A stretch of DNA of 15,855 bases, taken from positions 204 to 16,058 of the forward strand of contig QHBM01000070.1 of assembly GCA_003244145.1 (NCBI GenBank), in the 5' to 3' direction. Positions 14,468-15,855 of this stretch are shown here, piece by piece. The notes beneath the pieces are model-generated. The model was not told where the DNA came from and made no database searches. It saw only the letters and a program-made list of their open reading frames with translations. The stretch comes from Chthoniobacterales bacterium (lineage in GTDB: Bacteria; Verrucomicrobiota; Verrucomicrobiia; Chthoniobacterales; UBA10450). Position 1 is the first letter of the stretch, and every line of letters starts with the position of its first letter. A program made the position numbers and the translations under genes.

Positions 14468-14572
14468 GGGCAACCTTGCGATTATGCTCGCGAGAGGGGC
14501 GCGAGACGCAAGGGCAAAGTCGCGCCGAAAAGATTCGGCGGAATGGAAGGTTGCCTCCGCGAATGGTGAGGC

Positions 14573-14651
14573 AAAAAGAGGAAACTACCCCGAGGCGGCG
14601 GATGGGGCTTCCGCCGCCGGACGGCTAAAGAGTCGCAGTTAAACGACTCTT
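14573..14651 (-). terminator. Two stem-loops downstream of the TonB-like gene (candidate terminator separating it from nuoD)
   Basis: On the minus strand after the TAG (14659-14661), the first hairpin is AAGAGTCG-8 nt-CGACTCTT (14628-14651). The second is the GC-rich GGCGGCGGA-7 nt-TCCGCCGCC (14594-14618). The T-rich run TAGTTTCCTCTTTTT (14573-14587) follows about 6 nt later. The U-tract is not immediately adjacent to the stem, so the efficiency is uncertain. Confidence 0.4.
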
Positions 14652-14658
14652 CGCGCGA

Positions 14659-15069
14659 CTACCTGCTCAACTGCGCCCAAAACGGCCGAGCGTCCGGAAG
14701 GAGCTGCTTCGGTGGATTGGGGTTTTTGAACGTCATCAACTCGACCCGGCCCTTGCTGATATCAGAGGGCAGGACGGAGTCGGGGCTCAGCCGCCAGCTC
14801 ATGGCAGCATTGCGTGCCAGCTCGTCCAACGCGGCGTGTCCGCTGCTGCGCAACACTTCCGTGCCGGTAACGCGGCCACTCTTGTCCAGCGTTAGAGACA
14901 ACACGACCGAACCCTGCAAGCCTTGAAAATAAACGCCGAAGGGTAAATTCGGGGTCGATTTTTCAAGCCATCTGGCATTCGCCGTTGTCAGCGGCAATGC
15001 GACTGCCAGCGCAATAATCGCTCCACAGACTATGGAACGAAGCGCTGATGTGCGTGCACTTGTTTGCAT
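14659..15069 (-). CDS. Small secreted or anchored TonB C-terminal-domain protein (~136 aa)
   Basis: The start is set at MQTSARTSALRSIVCGAIIALAVALPLTTANA (signal peptide or anchor; ATG 15067-15069). The domain is GLQGSVVLSLTLDKSGRVTGTEVLRSSGHAALDELARNAAMSWRLSP, matching the TonB_C pattern G-x-V-x-L/V-x-F/L-x-(I/L)-D-x-x-G-x-V...SSG...LD-x-A-A...W-R-F/L-x-P. There is no Pro-rich spacer. Confidence 0.7.
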   Translation of the reverse strand: MQTSARTSALRSIVCGAIIALAVALPLTTANARWLEKSTPNLPFGVYFQGLQGSVVLSLTLDKSGRVTGTEVLRSSGHAALDELARNAAMSWRLSPDSVLPSDISKGRVELMTFKNPNPPKQLLPDARPFWAQLSR

Positions 15070-15261
15070 ACGCCACAGTATTTTGACCACATGACAAAAA
15101 TGCAAGCTGATTCATTTGGTCATTGCGAGCGATGCGAAAGACGGGCTTTCCATCCGGCGTTGTTAGGCTTAGAATAAATATTCGGCGTCCTTCGATTCCG
15201 CTCGGGATGCCCGGTAAATAATCGCTCGCGTCGCTCAACGCGTAGCGTTACCTAGTTTTTC

Positions 15262-15855
15262 ATGGGAAAAAAAATAGCGCTTCTTTTCGCCGGCCAGGGT
15301 GCGCAAAGAGTCGGCATGGGACGCGAGCTGGCCGCGCATCATCCCGATGCGGGCGATTTGTTTCAGCAGGCCGACGAAATTTTGGGACGTCCGCTGAGCG
15401 CAATCGCGTGGAACGGGCCGCTCGAGGAATTGACGAAGACGTCGAATTGTCAGCCGGCGCTTTACGTTCACGGCCTCGCCTGCCTGGCGGCGTTGCGCGG
15501 AGTCGCGGGGGATTTTGCGATTGAGGCGGCGGCCGGCTTGTCGTTAGGCGAATGGACCGCGCACGCCGCCGGCGGGACATTCGATTTTGGCACCGGTCTG
15601 AAATTGGTCGAGACGCGTGGCCTTTTAATGGATGCGGCCTGCGCCGCAACGGCTGGGGCGATGGCCGCGATGATTGGCGCGGACGAGAACGCGGTCCGCA
15701 CGCTCGCCGCCGACACCGACGTGGATGTGGCGAACATCAATGCGCCGGGACAGATCGTGATTTCCGGGGAGAGCGCGAAGGTTGAGCTCGCGGTCAGCCT
15801 GGCCAGGGAGCATGGCATCCGGCGCGCGACTTTGTTGAATGTGGCGGGCGCATAT
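15262..15855 (+). CDS. fabD: Malonyl-CoA:ACP transacylase, N-terminal 198 codons (3' end outside the window; absent from the ORF track)
   Basis: I hand-translated from the ATG at 15262: MGKKIALLFAGQGAQRVGMGRELAAHHPDAGDLFQQADEILGRPLSAIAWNGPLEELTKTSNCQPALYVHGLACLAAL...AAGLSLGEWTAHAAGG...NINAPGQIVISG. This shows the FabD hallmarks F-x-GQG-x-Q-x-x-GMG, TxxxQPA and the GxSxGE nucleophile elbow. The frame is open to the last base (594 nt, 198 codons). Confidence 0.9.
   Translation, partial: MGKKIALLFAGQGAQRVGMGRELAAHHPDAGDLFQQADEILGRPLSAIAWNGPLEELTKTSNCQPALYVHGLACLAALRGVAGDFAIEAAAGLSLGEWTAHAAGGTFDFGTGLKLVETRGLLMDAACAATAGAMAAMIGADENAVRTLAADTDVDVANINAPGQIVISGESAKVELAVSLAREHGIRRATLLNVAGAY

Noticed and set aside
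13208-14569. A 453-aa + strand ORF antisense to nuoD. Similar + strand ORFs at 10924-11931 (335 aa), 8548-9378, 8663-9199 and 9484-10101 lie antisense to nuoF or nuoG.
   Set aside because: The reasoning is the same. They have no motifs and a biased Arg/Ala/Asp composition, and the opposite strand encodes unmistakable NuoD, NuoF and NuoG sequences.
15191-15199. TTCGATTCC, a tRNA T-loop-like motif in the TonB-like/fabD intergenic region.
   Set aside because: The flanking bases (GCGTCC / GCTCGG) cannot form a T-stem, and no acceptor or anticodon arms could be drawn. It is not a tRNA.
15125-15229. A 9-bp inverted repeat, GCGAGCGAT ... ATCGCTCGC, 87 nt apart in the divergent TonB-like/fabD promoter region. 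There is also a TTTCCA-17 nt-TAGAAT promoter-like pair (about 15148-15176).
   Set aside because: Several 9-bp inverted repeats within 100 nt are expected by chance in a window of this size. The promoter-like pair matches the -35 consensus at only 4 of 6 positions and would leave an ~85-nt leader. This is not enough support to call either a feature.
15267-15274. An A8 homopolymer at codons 2-4 of fabD (and A7/T7 runs at about 13186-13192, 11803 and 11924) as possible phase-variation tracts.
   Set aside because: fabD is essential housekeeping. The runs simply encode Lys-Lys, and there is no evidence of length heterogeneity in a single sequence.
1-15855. I looked for CRISPR arrays, rRNA or tRNA genes, integrase or transposase ORFs and prophage genes.
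   Set aside because: I found no regularly spaced direct repeats with unique spacers, no structural RNA signatures and no recombinase-like ORF on either strand. The only mobile-element-like features are the short repeat elements and the GxxExxY cassette reported above.

Overview
This is a bacterial chromosomal window of roughly 60% G+C by eye, dominated by a minus-strand complex I (NADH:quinone oxidoreductase, nuo) gene string. Read in the direction of transcription, from 14467 down to 1246, the order is nuoD, two paralogous 101-aa lipoprotein genes, a fused nuoE-nuoF gene, a GxxExxY / PD-(D/E)xK nuclease-family gene bounded by inverted repeats, nuoG, nuoH, nuoI, an 81-bp palindromic repeat element, then nuoJ, nuoK, nuoL, nuoM and nuoN. 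No nuoA, nuoB or nuoC precedes nuoD.

On the left flank (+ strand) are the 3' end of a pilT-family ATPase gene and a stand-alone HNH endonuclease gene. On the right flank are a small TonB-C-terminal-domain protein (-) and the 5' part of fabD (+). fabD is missing from the ORF track because it runs off the window end.

Many track ORFs are antisense artefacts of GC-rich coding DNA or N-terminal over-extensions. Real starts of nuoN, nuoM and nuoH overlap the preceding stop codon (ATGA or TGATG).

The observations most worth a second look are:
- a 444-bp single-gene cassette (GxxExxY nuclease-like ORF) with 22-bp termini built from three 8-bp-periodic AGGAAA units in inverted orientation, wedged exactly between nuoEF and nuoG;
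- the tandem BamE/DUF3862-like lipoprotein pair inside the operon between nuoD and nuoEF;
- a CGGAT/ATCCG palindromic repeat family with about 10-bp arm periodicity, with one copy inside the operon and one at its 3' end;
- the nuoE-nuoF fusion, whose AT-rich linker carries an out-of-frame 11-bp direct repeat.

The lineage is not determinable here. The repeat types and the near absence of Shine-Dalgarno sequences remind me of Verrucomicrobiota or Planctomycetota-like soil genomes, but that is inference only.
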